DNA of 62,347 bases, the filler included. It is 12 parts of 12 records of this genome, joined end to end, with 100 filler letters (N's around TTAATTAATTAA, not from the genome) between each part and the next. Parts side by side here need not be neighbours in the genome. Positions count along the whole stretch, not along the records: positions 9,431 to 13,099 come from SRR7504441_20654; positions 13,200 to 18,124 come from SRR7504441_20656; positions 18,225 to 24,213 come from SRR7504441_20680; 9 more parts are not named here. One strand, given 5' to 3'. Below are positions 9,989-22,200 of the stretch, one piece after another. Position 1 is the first letter of the stretch. Each line of letters starts with the position of its first letter. A model generated the notes under the pieces. The model searched no databases, was not told the DNA's origin, and saw only the letters and a program-made list of their open reading frames with translations. A program made the translations under genes and the position numbers.

Positions 9989-12802
9989 ATGTCCTGGAGC
10001 ACCGCGCGCGCCGCCAACCGCACAAACCCGACCCCTTCAGCCGCCTCGCGTGCAGCAGCCCGGCTGTCCCGGGACATCGGACTGATCCGGCATCAACCCT
10101 GCCCCGGGATCGTTGCCGGCCCGGTGGCGGACGACCTGTTCGAGTGGGCCGCGGCGCTCGCCCCACCCGACCAGCCTGAGGCCCGGTGCTTCCAGCTGCG
10201 GCTGCTCTTCCCGGAGGATTTCCCGACCAGCCCGCCCGAAGTTTGGCTGCGCACCCCGCTGTGCCACCCGGCCTACACCGGGCCGGGCTCGCCGCTCTGC
10301 TGCGACCTGCTCGGACTGGAACCGCACGGCGACCGGTTGAGCGGCTGGAGCTCCGGGTACGGGGTGGGCTCTTTGCTGCTCCAGCTGCAGGCTTTCCTGT
10401 TCGACTCCGAGTTGCTCAAGCCCGGGCTCAACGGCGTCCCCGACCTCAAAGCCGCCATCCAACTGGCCGAGCAGCACGCCAAGCAGCACGGCCCCGTGCT
10501 CGGCTGCCAGCCTGCGGCCTCGGCTGCGATGCAAGTTGTGAAGAAGCCTGCGATCCGAGTCTGTACGCTGAGACGCAAGCCGGCCGATGACGAGCCGGCC
10601 GATGACGAGCCTGTCCAAAAGGAGAACCAGCCAGCCCGAGCTGCGGCTAAAGCCGTTTCGAAGGAGTCGGAGTGGATTGTGGTTACTGGCCGGCGACACA
10701 AGCTGGCGGCTGCGCTGAACCCTAGCCCGGCGGCTGCTCAGCTGCTGTCCAACCGCTTCGAGTGCCTGCTGGCCAGCAAGTCTGACCCAGTTGGGAGCAG
10801 CCAGATGACCAAAGCGCATAGAAAGAACCTCCGCCGGCAGGCAGCCCGACGCAAGCTCAAGCAGTGCGCACCCTCCCAGCCGCCCAAGGACGTCTACCAC
10901 GACGCACTCGACTTGGCCGCGATAGACACGTCTGTGTCGACCCAAGCTGCCGACCCGCGCGCGGCAGTTGGGCTGTTGGACATGCCCTCGCGGGTACTGG
11001 TGGAGGGGGTCATCCTGCCTGAGCTGCCGGTGTCGTCAGTCGGGCTTCTTGCCCGGTCCTGCGCTGCGATGCGGGCTGCGTGTGAGTGTGGCGAGGTGTG
11101 GAAGGACCTCTTCACTCTGCACTGCCCTGAGTCGACTCTCACCGCGGCTGGGGTCGAGGATTGGAAACATGCCTACCTGTGCGAGGTGAGCTCTGTGATG
11201 AATGACCTGCGGTGCTTCCACAGCAAGGCCTCGTTCGATGAGGCTGTACTGGGGGTGCCAGTGGTGGCGACCACAAACCCGCGCACTGGCAAGGTCGACT
11301 ACATCGACTCAAGCATGGACATTCTCTCGCTCGAGGCGTACAAGTACGACAAGGTTCGGACCTCACTGTACAAAGAATCGTTTGACTTCTTCTTGCCCAT
11401 GTACATCACACCGGAGCATTTCGATCGCGCAATACCGGCATTCGAGCGCGCGATGCTAAAGCTGGCCCCTCACCTGGCATACAGAGGCCAATTCCGTCCG
11501 GAGATGGTGCTGCACGCGCTCCCGACCATGATGGTCACCCAGAGCGTACTGCTGGCCGACCGCGGCAAGCACGCTTCAGACAGGGCACTCGAGGGCTTCT
11601 GCATGCTCCACCGTTTGCTGCTGGCGGCGGTGGAGCATTATAACCTACAGCGCCAAGTGGAAGAGCGGCTCAGCCTGTTCATCAAATCGGAGCGCAACAG
11701 GTCCAAGGCCGAGTTTCCCGGGCTGGGGCACGTCTATGCGCTGCTTTCAGTGTCAAACAAGTACTCGTGGCGACAGGTGCACCACTTGGTGATGCAAGAG
11801 GGGTTTGACCGAGCAGTGCTCTGGGTTTGCAAGAAGAACAACAAGCTGGCCCAAGCGCATAAGCTCGACTCAGGGCTGACCGACGAGCAGTTGCTTGGCA
11901 GCTGGTTGGAAGCTGACTTGGTGAGGCTGCGGGTTACAATGTTTAACGTGTTCTTCTTACTCAAAGTGGCCCGCCCAGACGAGGCCCCGCTGGAGGCTGT
12001 GTGCAGTCAATACGACGAGCTCTACGGCAGACCGTCGGCGCTGCAGCGGAGGCTGCTTCAGCAGGGCTGCAATCAGATTCTAGCCGTCGATACCTGGCCT
12101 GCTTTCTTCCGCAGCTGCTCGCTGACTGTGCCGAGCAAGGCCTACGTACTCGACTTGTTCCGGAGTGCCGTCAAGAATTCGATAAAGAAGAAGTATCATA
12201 CAGATGGCATGGATTTCAATCGGGTGCACTCGTCAGGCGTGTCCAAGATCCTGCTCAAGGGCGAATCACACTCGACCGCGCCCAACCTGCGACACGTCCA
12301 GCTGCAAGAGGCATGGGGTTGGTCTGATGCAGGCACCGTGTATCTGGACGCCTCGTGCTTGCTCTTCTCGCATTCTGGTGAGTTTGTAGAGGTCGTAGAC
12401 TGGTGCCATAGGCATGGAACTCGGCGGGCTGTCGTACACTCAGGCGATGTGATTGATCACGTCAAGTGCGAAGGCCGGCATACCATCACATTAGATCTGT
12501 GCAAGCTCAGCTCAAAGATCGGGTCGCTTTACTTCACTATCAGTGCCTACACGACAACACTTGGCGACATACGACAGCCTTCCGTCTCGTTCTTTGACCA
12601 AGGCAATGGGCTAGCCGAGCTATGTCGGTACTCTCTAGAAAGGAGTTGCAAAGATAACGACAAGACTGCGGTCATCATGTGCAAATTGCATAGGAGCGGC
12701 CCCAAGGGGCCATGGACTGTGACTGCAATCGGCCACGTTGGCCCGGGCCGCGCCTCAGATTACGAGCCCATAATCCGAAATATCACAAACAACAACTTGT
12801 AA
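9989..12802 (+). CDS. Ubiquitin-conjugating (E2/UBC) domain + F-box-like segment + unnamed helical domain + C-terminal TerD domain
   Basis: UBC motifs RLSRDI, LFEW, FPEDFPTSPPEV, HP, LCCDLL and WSSGY..LLLQLQ. F-box-like LLDMPSRVL...LARSC...VWKDLF. TerD-like YLDASCLLF, VVHSGD, ITLDL.KL and LYFTISAY. Single exon. Confidence 0.85.
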   Translation: MSWSTARAANRTNPTPSAASRAAARLSRDIGLIRHQPCPGIVAGPVADDLFEWAAALAPPDQPEARCFQLRLLFPEDFPTSPPEVWLRTPLCHPAYTGPGSPLCCDLLGLEPHGDRLSGWSSGYGVGSLLLQLQAFLFDSELLKPGLNGVPDLKAAIQLAEQHAKQHGPVLGCQPAASAAMQVVKKPAIRVCTLRRKPADDEPADDEPVQKENQPARAAAKAVSKESEWIVVTGRRHKLAAALNPSPAAAQLLSNRFECLLASKSDPVGSSQMTKAHRKNLRRQAARRKLKQCAPSQPPKDVYHDALDLAAIDTSVSTQAADPRAAVGLLDMPSRVLVEGVILPELPVSSVGLLARSCAAMRAACECGEVWKDLFTLHCPESTLTAAGVEDWKHAYLCEVSSVMNDLRCFHSKASFDEAVLGVPVVATTNPRTGKVDYIDSSMDILSLEAYKYDKVRTSLYKESFDFFLPMYITPEHFDRAIPAFERAMLKLAPHLAYRGQFRPEMVLHALPTMMVTQSVLLADRGKHASDRALEGFCMLHRLLLAAVEHYNLQRQVEERLSLFIKSERNRSKAEFPGLGHVYALLSVSNKYSWRQVHHLVMQEGFDRAVLWVCKKNNKLAQAHKLDSGLTDEQLLGSWLEADLVRLRVTMFNVFFLLKVARPDEAPLEAVCSQYDELYGRPSALQRRLLQQGCNQILAVDTWPAFFRSCSLTVPSKAYVLDLFRSAVKNSIKKKYHTDGMDFNRVHSSGVSKILLKGESHSTAPNLRHVQLQEAWGWSDAGTVYLDASCLLFSHSGEFVEVVDWCHRHGTRRAVVHSGDVIDHVKCEGRHTITLDLCKLSSKIGSLYFTISAYTTTLGDIRQPSVSFFDQGNGLAELCRYSLERSCKDNDKTAVIMCKLHRSGPKGPWTVTAIGHVGPGRASDYEPIIRNITNNNL

Positions 12803-13199
12803 ATTAATCCGCATGTAAATAATTAATACCGGAGTGAAATCCTGAATCAAATGCAAATTGAATGAATGGTAAACTTCGGTGAAACAATGTCATCTGATAG
12901 GCAAACTCTAGTATATATCCCGGTACGAAGCTGTAGCATGATTTAATTAATTAACTCACATCATCATCTCTATTCTCTATTCGACGTTTGCTACTCGCTT
13001 GGTGTTGCTGAAGCACATGATCATTTCCGGTGGACAGTAAATTTCTCCCACTGCCCCACGCTGCCCCGGTTGCATTTGATTTGGTTGCCCTCGTCAGCAN
13101 NNNNNNNNNNNNNNNNNNNNNNNNNNNNNNNNNNNNNNNNNNNTTAATTAATTAANNNNNNNNNNNNNNNNNNNNNNNNNNNNNNNNNNNNNNNNNNNN

Positions 13200-16100
13200 C
13201 CAGCGACATGCTCAGTCTGCGGTACCCGGGTTGGCGTGTTCCACCCGCGAGTACAGTTACAGACACCGGAGGGGGCGCATGCCCCATGGCCACTGCAACC
13301 AGCTGACTCGGCGCACGTTGTCATTTTGGAGCTGCTAATCTCGCAATGTGGTCCAAACCATTCTGAAGGACACACGCAGCTGCAGTCGCGGCCAGACGAG
13401 TCGGAGCATTCGCACGAGCCCAAATGACAGCCGCCTGGGCACGCTGTCGGCTTGAACCACGCTTGAAACCCTTTGGCAACAGTTGCTTGGTCGGTACGCA
13501 AGATCACCTGCATCTGTGAGCCAGTTGAGACTATTGGTTGCCCGTCGAGAGCTGGAGAGCCGGTCAAGTTGGCCAAGAGCTCGCCATCCGAGTCGATCAC
13601 ATAAACAAAGTCCCAGTCCTCCTCAGTCTTCAGGTAATCGAAATAGAGCGCCACCCCATAGTCTGGGGCAACTCTGAGGTTCCAAGAGCAGTCGAGATTA
13701 CTCCCATAGGCCGAATCGAGTTGCCGGCCCGAGATGTCACCGGTGGCAGGAGGAAGCTGCGGCGGGCCAAACCGTCGGGACTCTGAGCCATACTCTCTGA
13801 GCGTGATGTTCTGTGATCGCAGGCACTGTCCAAACTCGCACGCGGCGCCAAAGCGCTGCTCGTCGCACCTGCATTTACCAGTGCTTTGGATGCATGTGCC
13901 TGCCAAACCCGTGAATTGGCCTTTAAGATGAGGGAGACCTGCCCCGGAGCAGTTGCCAGGACAACTGACAAGTGCGCACGATGCACCTGGGTGGACAACT
14001 CACATGGCGAGGCAACCAATTTTAGCACCGACGTAGCCGGCTGTGCATATGCAAACACCGTGTACGCAGTCTCCATTTCCACTACATACGTGTCCCTCGT
14101 GGATTGGGCAGTTGAGCGGACGGCACTCCCTGTCGACCACAGTTCCTGTGCCACAAGAATTTCAGGTATACAAAGGCTATTGATGCAGACCTGCCCTATC
14201 TGAGCTGAGGACTAGAGCAAAGTTCTGGTCCAGATAAGGCGCTGTAGATACATTCCGGCCGCAAAAGTGCTCTTTGGCGGCGTTATCACAGACACCACAG
14301 GTCATTGGACAGTTGACCCACAGTTGCTCTTGCTCGGTCGCGGTAGCACCTGGGAAGCTTTCGCAACTGTACCCCACCCATTCTGCGCAAGTGTATCCGT
14401 CTTTGTCCAAAAAGTCTGGATTGTCACTGCACACGGCTTCTGAACATGGCTGGAGGTCGGATGGACAGTCAGAGTTGTCGACACATTGAAGACGAGGAGG
14501 GCCAGTGTTCGAAACGACAATAAGAAACGAGGTTGCAGCATGGCTCGATGATGAAACCAGCACACGCTCTTGATTATTGTACTGGTCCGGGTATCCAACG
14601 TAATCGCCATCATAAAGCCCCAGATTCCCAGATACTGAAGCCCCGTTGGATTGATCTGTTACTGCAAGATCGAGATCATTTACCAATGCCTGGGCACTTG
14701 CTGGGTGGCCTGGTGGGTCTGTCCAAGTTAGAGTGACAGTCATTGTGGCTCCCACGGGGAGTGTAGCGCAGAGCTTGCTGTGATCGTCCGACCGATGTTG
14801 GAACGGATGGTTGGATCTTCTGCGGTTTCCGACAGGCATCACTCGAGGAGAGAGCCGCGGCCCCTCGAGGGCGAACAAGGAGCAGTCGGCGCTGCTGCTG
14901 GCCAGGCACAGTGTTCGATTTAGTTGCACTCGGCCATACCCGGAGTAAAAATTTGGTGTAATGCGTGGCAGCCCAAACTTGCCAGCATCGAGCGACACCT
15001 GCACCATGCCTTCCAGAGGCACAGCTGAATTCAACAGCACAGCTCTGAGCAGTGCTGCAGATGGCTCGAACCCTTGCTCGGCAGCCTCGTGGACAGGCGC
15101 CTCCAGCCTGAGTGGCCCTACAGGCATTGCTGCAGGAAAAGGGAACCAGCCATCGGCAAAGTACTGTCGAGCTATGGCTGCAATTCCTGATACAACAGGC
15201 GTAGCCATCGAGGTTCCGCTCATGAGCGTTATCGCAGAATCCGGTGCCTCCAAGTCGACATTGCACTGATGCGAGTAGGCTACCCCGTCCGATCTTGCCG
15301 ACGAGATGCTGTGCCCCGGAGCCGAGATGTCTGGCTTCAATCTCCCATCAGAGGCTGGCCCTCGAGATGAGAAGCCCGCGAGATTGGTAGCATTGAAAGT
15401 GAGCTTTGTCACGGCCCGCATTGACGCGTTGGCCCCAATCAACTCACCTCTCTGCCGTGCCCATCTGCTGGCGGTTTGGACAATGCTATAGTTACTGACC
15501 ATGCTGCTGTTCCTCAGCTGAAGCCGCCAATGTCGCACATCGCTCCTGACCCGCTTGAACTCCGTCGGCTTCAGCCAGCCAGCCTCGCACCACTCGTCTT
15601 GGGCGCAAGCAGGGCTAACAAACACGAGGTCGAGCAACCGGTCACGCCATCGGGCCAGCCCGGGTAGAGAGAGCTCGTTGTTGATGGGGATCTGCCCCCA
15701 CTGGCTGGCCTTCATATCACAACCAAAGCCGAGCTGGCCTGCAGCGTCCAGCCTCCCTGATATGCTGACCGCCGCGGTGGCATTGCAACCGGGCAGTAGA
15801 CCCCCGGAGAACTGGCCATCAACTGAGACATTAAGCCAGACACAGCTATCGCTCCCCAGCTCCTCGCCAGTCCACAAGCCCGCGGGTAGCCCTGGCGGCG
15901 GCGAACTATCGACTGTCTGCCAGAGAGCCGTGTGCCCGCCCAGCGAGACTTTGCACTGATCGTGCAGGGCCTCAACCTCGGCCGCAGCCAGCTTGGAGAC
16001 CATCACGCAAGGGATTCGAATCTCTCCCAGCATCATCCTGTCGATCTCAGAGTCGGCCATCGGGAAAGGAGGGAACAAATCAGTCTGCGCTACCACAAGC

Positions 16101-17371
16101 CCAGAGGCGCCAGCACGCTGTGCGTGGGCCGCTTTGGTGGCGAAGGAGCAGTTGCCTCGCTGCAGCAGCACGATACTCCCGTTATACGTCTCGATTGGAC
16201 CATCGAGCGCTGTGCAGCCTATTCGGGGCGAGCCAAGCACGAGCCGCGAACTAACCGACCCGGCCGCTAAATCGGCCCCAAATCGCGCCGGGATCGCCTC
16301 AAAGCTTACGCTGTCTGTGTGCCCGCATCCGGCTGCCAGCGCCAGGTGCAGCTCGGCGAACGCTTTGCCGTGGTTGTAAGCCTCGTGAGAGTTTTCAGTC
16401 GCACCGACAGCCAGGCAGTTCTTGCAGCTTGCCGGAGAACCCACCGAGAACATGCCGTCCTCGCCCGCGTTGCCAGCAGCCACCACTACCAGGAAATCCG
16501 GGTGTTGATGTACGAACGAGTCCAGCTGCATCGAGCGAAGCGTGTACGAAGCCGAGCTCGAGCCCCAGCTGTTGGAATGCACTCGCGCACCGGCTGCGTA
16601 CGCCGGCTCAAACAGGCCGAGCGAGCCGTCCGAGCCGTCGAGCGAGGTGGGCAAGTTGAGCCCGGAACTCTCGGCCTCGGGGCCCAAGATGTCTGTGAAG
16701 TGCAGCTTTGCCCCCGGCGCCATCCCGTTGAACTGACTCACTCCAGCCGCCCCGTGCTCTCCACGCAGCGACTGGGCAGATCCAGCGATCGAGCCGGCCA
16801 CGTGCGTGCCGTGCCCCTGTTCGTGGTCCAGCCTATCGCCCAGTCCGGTCTCGTACCGCGCTATCTTACGGCCGGCGCTCGGACGGTCGAACGGCATCCC
16901 TCCGGCGGAGTCCCAGAACAGACACGAGTCTATATCCACACCGGTGTCTGCGCAGCCAACCAGCTGCCCGCGCCCGTCGAGCCCAGCCTGCCAAAACGGA
17001 CGGGCTGTCGGCTGGCCGGCCTGGACGATTCCGGCGGCCCAGGCATTGAGCAGCCGCTCGTCGTTGGGCAGCGAGGCCTCCACCCAGCTCACCTCGGGCC
17101 GCTCGGACAGCCAGCGCACCGCCGCCTCAGGCTCGGTGCAGCCGAACACCGCCGACCGCCGGCCGTGCGAGAGCACCCGCAGCAGCCCGCCGGAGCGGGC
17201 GGCCAGCGCGGGCCAGTCGGTCGGCGTGCCAAGCACCTGCAGCCGGAGCCCAGGCTCGCCCAGCCGGCCGGGCCGAATCTGCCGGGTCTTCTGGGCCGGA
17301 GTCAGGCCCTCGAGGTGCGCCGATGCCCAGGCCGCAGCCAGCAGCGCCCACCCAAAGGCGAAGCTACGCAT
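13200..17371 (-). CDS. Secreted subtilase (S8, Kp43/TagA-like) with PA domain, ShKT-like Cys motif, EGF repeats and CUB domain; 3' truncated
   Basis: Signal peptide and catalytic motifs ADTG, GHGTHVAG, AAGN, SGTSMA. PA motif LLQRGNCSFATKA. Three short GT-AG introns (~14147-14191, ~13987-14028, ~13900-13938) join it to EGF (CSGNGDC...CICTAGY) and CUB (Y.SNLDCSW, TEEDWDFV) exons. Confidence 0.9.
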
Positions 17372-18331
17372 TGCAAGCGGCGGAATTTGCCGTTAGATCA
17401 ACTGGCTATCTCGGGTGGCGCGGCGGCGCGGCTTCAGGCTGAGCCTGCCGTTCAGCTGGATGTGCTCTTTGCAGGTTGCATTCCCACAGTTGGCCTTCTG
17501 GCACGCTTACGGTGCGGGCAGGCCTGGTGCTGCTCAATGTTCTCGATCATCTGCTCGGCCAGGTCGGCTACTGCCGCGATCCGGAGCTGGCCAACGGACG
17601 GACAATTCGCGAGCACGCGAGCAACTCGCAAGGATGCGGCTTCCGGGGGATAGAATGGTTGAGGCTCGGGAGGTGCTCTTTGGCAACGGGCAGATCCACT
17701 CGATGTCCGACCGGGAGCTGACGGCCGAGTGGGCAAGGCGGACTTCAGCCTGAGGACGCTCCGGCCACGAGCTCGGTAGCCACCGTGATAGCCACCGTGA
17801 TACAATACGGAGTACGTACGGAGTACGTGCAATTAAGCTTATATATAATAGTTTGCATTCTAAATGGTGCCTATTATAAGGGGCCGAGCTGAACTAGATC
17901 AAGCCCCTTTTTCAAACTACCGGTAGAGATCTAGCCAGACCAATCACTCACTAAGCAGGGTGGTGGACGCGAGTGAAGCAACAACACCCGGCCGTTGGGC
18001 ATCGCGGATGACCTTGCAGCGGCTGGCCTCCACTCTGGGGATGTCGATGTGAGGGCTATGGAGGAGGAAATCGCGGGCGTGCCGCCGGAGGGTTCGGAGC
18101 GCGGGGCGCCGGTGGTGCTGTTCANNNNNNNNNNNNNNNNNNNNNNNNNNNNNNNNNNNNNNNNNNNNTTAATTAATTAANNNNNNNNNNNNNNNNNNNN
18201 NNNNNNNNNNNNNNNNNNNNNNNNTGCCGGTTCCCGCCATTTTCGTATTCGTATTAATAAATAATAATACTGGTCAGCGGTTGGGACCACTCAGATCAAT
18301 GTCGATCATCTTTTTAATGCTTAATTTCGGA

Positions 18332-18935
18332 ATGGCGGCCGGTCTGTTCGGACCTGTGGAGCTGATTCAGCTGGACGGAGCCACGCCGGTCGCGGTGCCC
18401 GAGGAGATCGAGCTGGACGACAGCACGAGCGGGATGCGCGAACTGATCGCGCAGACCTCGGCTGAACGCAAGGAAAGATTTGCGGCTTGGCACCGGGCGC
18501 AGGCGGCGTGCGATACGTTGCTCGAGGCCCAGCGGGATCTGGAGGACGAGGTGGGTGTCCACTGAGTTCTGCCTCATGGGGGGGTAGGTGCTCCGGCAAA
18601 GCCGGTTGGTCCAGTTGGGGCTGGAGATGAAACTGGTGGTGGAGAAGAAGAGAAACCTACTGGTAGCTGGCCAACCAAATCCAACAGAAAAGTACGCTGA
18701 GATAGTGGACGCGGCCCGGGCCAAGCAGCGTCGCGCGCTCAGGCTGATCAAGATCAAGCGGGCTGAGGCCGATGCAGCCTGCCGTGCGGCCCCGGCAGTC
18801 CGACGGGACTACGACCTGGTTGACCGAAAGTTTCGTTGGGCCCTCCAGCATCTGCGGCTCAAGAACAGCGCCGGCTGTTTTGTGCACAACGGCCAGCGGT
18901 GCGCCCAGAAGAGAGCGCGATTGAAGGGGGCATAG
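18332..18935 (+). CDS. Small coiled-coil hypothetical protein, one intron
   Basis: Two ORFs joined in frame by a GT-AG intron at ~18551-18587; helical, charged sequence. Confidence 0.55.
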
Positions 18936-19269
18936 GTATTGTATCGGCGTGACCAAGTGGTGTGGGCAAGGCTCGAGCACCCACCCATGTTCTGAGCAGG
19001 TGCTGCCCAGGTTGCCTGGGGCGAACCTGGTGGATGCAGGAGCTGAATAAACAGCCGACTATCTCGGCAAATGCGTCAGTTCTGCTCAATGGCTCATCGC
19101 CGGTTGAGGTGCTCTGAATCGGATGATTCACTCATCGATTCACTTGACCATTACTTGACCATATTCACCGCAACAATTAAGGCCTAGGAAAAATAGGTTT
19201 TTACAATAGATACGAGTATCAATAAACGACTTCAACTCTACCGTGAATCAGCCTACAATCGCGGGCTAG

Positions 19270-22200
19270 CTAGCGCTCAACGTCGTTGACCAGCGTTAAT
19301 CGGAGCGATTGCTTTCGATCCGCCGCGATCAGACGTACATTCCTCACCGCCCCCGTGGTGGCCCCGTGCTGCACCCCCCAAGTCAGCTGGAATGGAAGCT
19401 GTGTCGACCTCCGGCCGGTCGCACCCGACCAGTAGCTTGCTAACCGTCTTGCCCACCAGTCCGTCTGGAAGCCGGAAAATCCGGGTCTGTTAATGACAAC
19501 CAGTTAGCACACATTTTAACAGTCGGTTGGTGACCATCCACTGCTGATGGGCAGTCCCAGCCAAGTCACTCGCTGGGTGAGCCAACGTCTCCAATTGATC
19601 CATCGCACCCAGCTCGGTCAACCGGGAGCCATCGCTGCCCCCGGCATGATTAAACAAGATTATAGTTCAGATCAGATCAAGTCTTTACCTGAACTGGGCA
19701 TCCAATACAATGTGAGAGTCTGGCTCGTTCCACATTAACTCGTACACCAGATGGTCATTCTGCCATGAACGATTTAGCACAGATTAATCAAAGGACCCAC
19801 CCGCTGGATCCGGTACTTGGCGGTGGCGGCTGGGTTGTCAGTTGGGGCCTCCAGCCACAAGAATGACCCGCTCTCCCCAGATGCCTCCTCCGTCGGCCAC
19901 TGGCTGCCCGACAACACGGCGTCAAGCACCTGCGACTGATGATGCATTTTGAGCAGGCTATTGCAATCTGACCGCCTCAGCCGCATCCTCCTCGCTCTCG
20001 CGCCGCTGCCGACGGAGTCATTTAGTATGAGCGAGGTTAATATTCATCACCGCACTGGGCTTTCCGAAGCTTAGTTGCTGAGAAACCGAAAGTCGCTCTC
20101 TTAGCATCGTAAGCCCTACTATTCGAACGGCTGGCTCGCCGCCCGGCCAGAGCAATGTCAGCCCAGCGCCTCGCTGTGCCTTCCAACTGTCATGGTGTCA
20201 CAACTGGCGGAGATCAGAGCGCTTTGCCTGGCGGTGCCCGCCTTGGTGCCGTCTACCCACAGCACCAGCTCGGCCTTGTGAGGGCTGAATGTCACCTGAA
20301 TAGAACAAATCATCGCGAAACAAACATGTGTTAAGCACCGCCAGAAGCTGCCACTTGTCAGGCTTGCACTCGATCGACAAGACCGTCACCCCGCCCACCT
20401 GCATTATGACGTCAACAGCTTCTGACTTGCCGCCCTGGCTGCCTGCCATCGCATCTTGCCGTTGCCTAAAAGCAACCTTGCATCACAGGGCAAGTGCGAC
20501 TTGCACCCAATCTGAACCAACACCACCATCCCCTGCCGGTCAGCCGATTGGAACCCCCAAAACAACAGCGTCAGCTCGCAGTCCATGTCTAGCCTCAGCA
20601 CTGGGATCTCGACGGGCGTCACCGGGCCTGCCAAACGGTAATTGACTAATCGAGAGTGAAGAACCGAGCGGCGAGGCTGCCAGCAACAGCCGGCCGAGCG
20701 CCGGGTCGCCTGGCTCGGCCTCGGCCAATTCGGCCACCTGCCACAGGGATAAACCAAGTCTGTTGAGTGAACAGTCGCCTCCAAGGCCGAGAGCGCTCGC
20801 GTGCTATGCAACACTAAAGACTCCACTTGGCCGTCCCACACCTGAATCAGACACACAGTAAACAACTCATCTGTTTTTAGGGTGACGCACCCGCTGGTTG
20901 GAGGGGACCAGTGTGCCACCTGGTGCGCTCCCTATCGTCAGTTGCAACCCACGAGGCTCCTCCTACCGCCCGCTCAACACTGATGATCAATCCGAATTTC
21001 ACCTGCAGATGGACAATGTGGCTCCACGACGGCTCACACACGCCATCAATATACAGACTCAACCGATGCTGACTGTAGGTAACCGCCACGTGATGCCATC
21101 CACGGTCAGTTACAGGTTTTGCAGCTCCCCATCGGCCATGCCACCCAACATCGAACGCCACCGCCCCCGAACTAACCATTAGCGCTCTGCAGCCTTTCGC
21201 CCACTGTCCGCTTGGCAGACATCGCGACAGCAGCACTCCGTCCCGCCCTCGCTCAGAGCGCAGCCATACTGTCAAGCTGAAATCCCCAGGCCCGAGCCCC
21301 ACTGCGGAGGCAGCTGCCTGATCTTGCCACCCACCGCCCGCCCGCCAGCCATCTCCCAGCGGCTGCAGCTGCGGCACGAGTCTAAGCTCGCGCCCGCGCT
21401 GCGAACGGAAACTCTCTGCGTGGATCCGAAACTCCGTGGCAGTCCGCCTTTGCCCTGGCCACAGCTCTACCCTCGCTAGCGCCCCATCGAGCCCAGCAGC
21501 CGGCTGCACAGGTCCGTTGTCTGATCCAAGCGTGATGAGCCCAGGCGGACACCAGCCGGCCTCGGCTCCAAACCCATCCCCCGCGATTGTCCCACTGCCG
21601 TCCAGCTGACTTGTCACAGGGTTGTTGTCGACGTACACGACCGCAGAGCGGCCGTCCCAGGAAGCCGCGAGGTGGTGCCACCGGCCGTCACCAGGCTTGA
21701 GACGATTTGGGTTCTGGGCACCCCCCAGACCGCCCAGCTGCAGGTGCACCTCGCCCGTGGGCATTATCAGCAGTGCCGCTGCTCCGGACCCAAATTTGTT
21801 ACCACGTGTCACACACACAACCACAGACGGCACCGCCCCATTGTGCACAAGCGGTTTGGCCCACTTCACCCAAGCAGCCATCGACACCGCCTCCACCCCC
21901 GGAACTGCCAATGCTGGCCCACGTCGCAGCCCCCAGCGGGCTTCTATTGGGCTGCCCTGAAGCTCAAGCTTGATTTGACTGGGACCGGAAGTTGCTTCTT
22001 TAGGTAGCGTGAATGCAGCGTGCAACGCCACCAGTCCAAAGGGATTGCGATGCCGGCTGCCACCCTACAATCACCCCCTACAGGCAAGCACTGACCGTAG
22101 AGCACCCGAGCCGCCAGGCCCGCTGGCGCCAAACAAACTCGTGTTGACCAGCTGCGAGCCGTCACCCTGTTCTTGCTTGGGTGGGTCGGCTGGGGCCCCG

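Noticed and set aside
17633-17672. Possible GA-AG intron
   Set aside because: No conserved protein anchors the junction, and alternative GT-AG readings exist.
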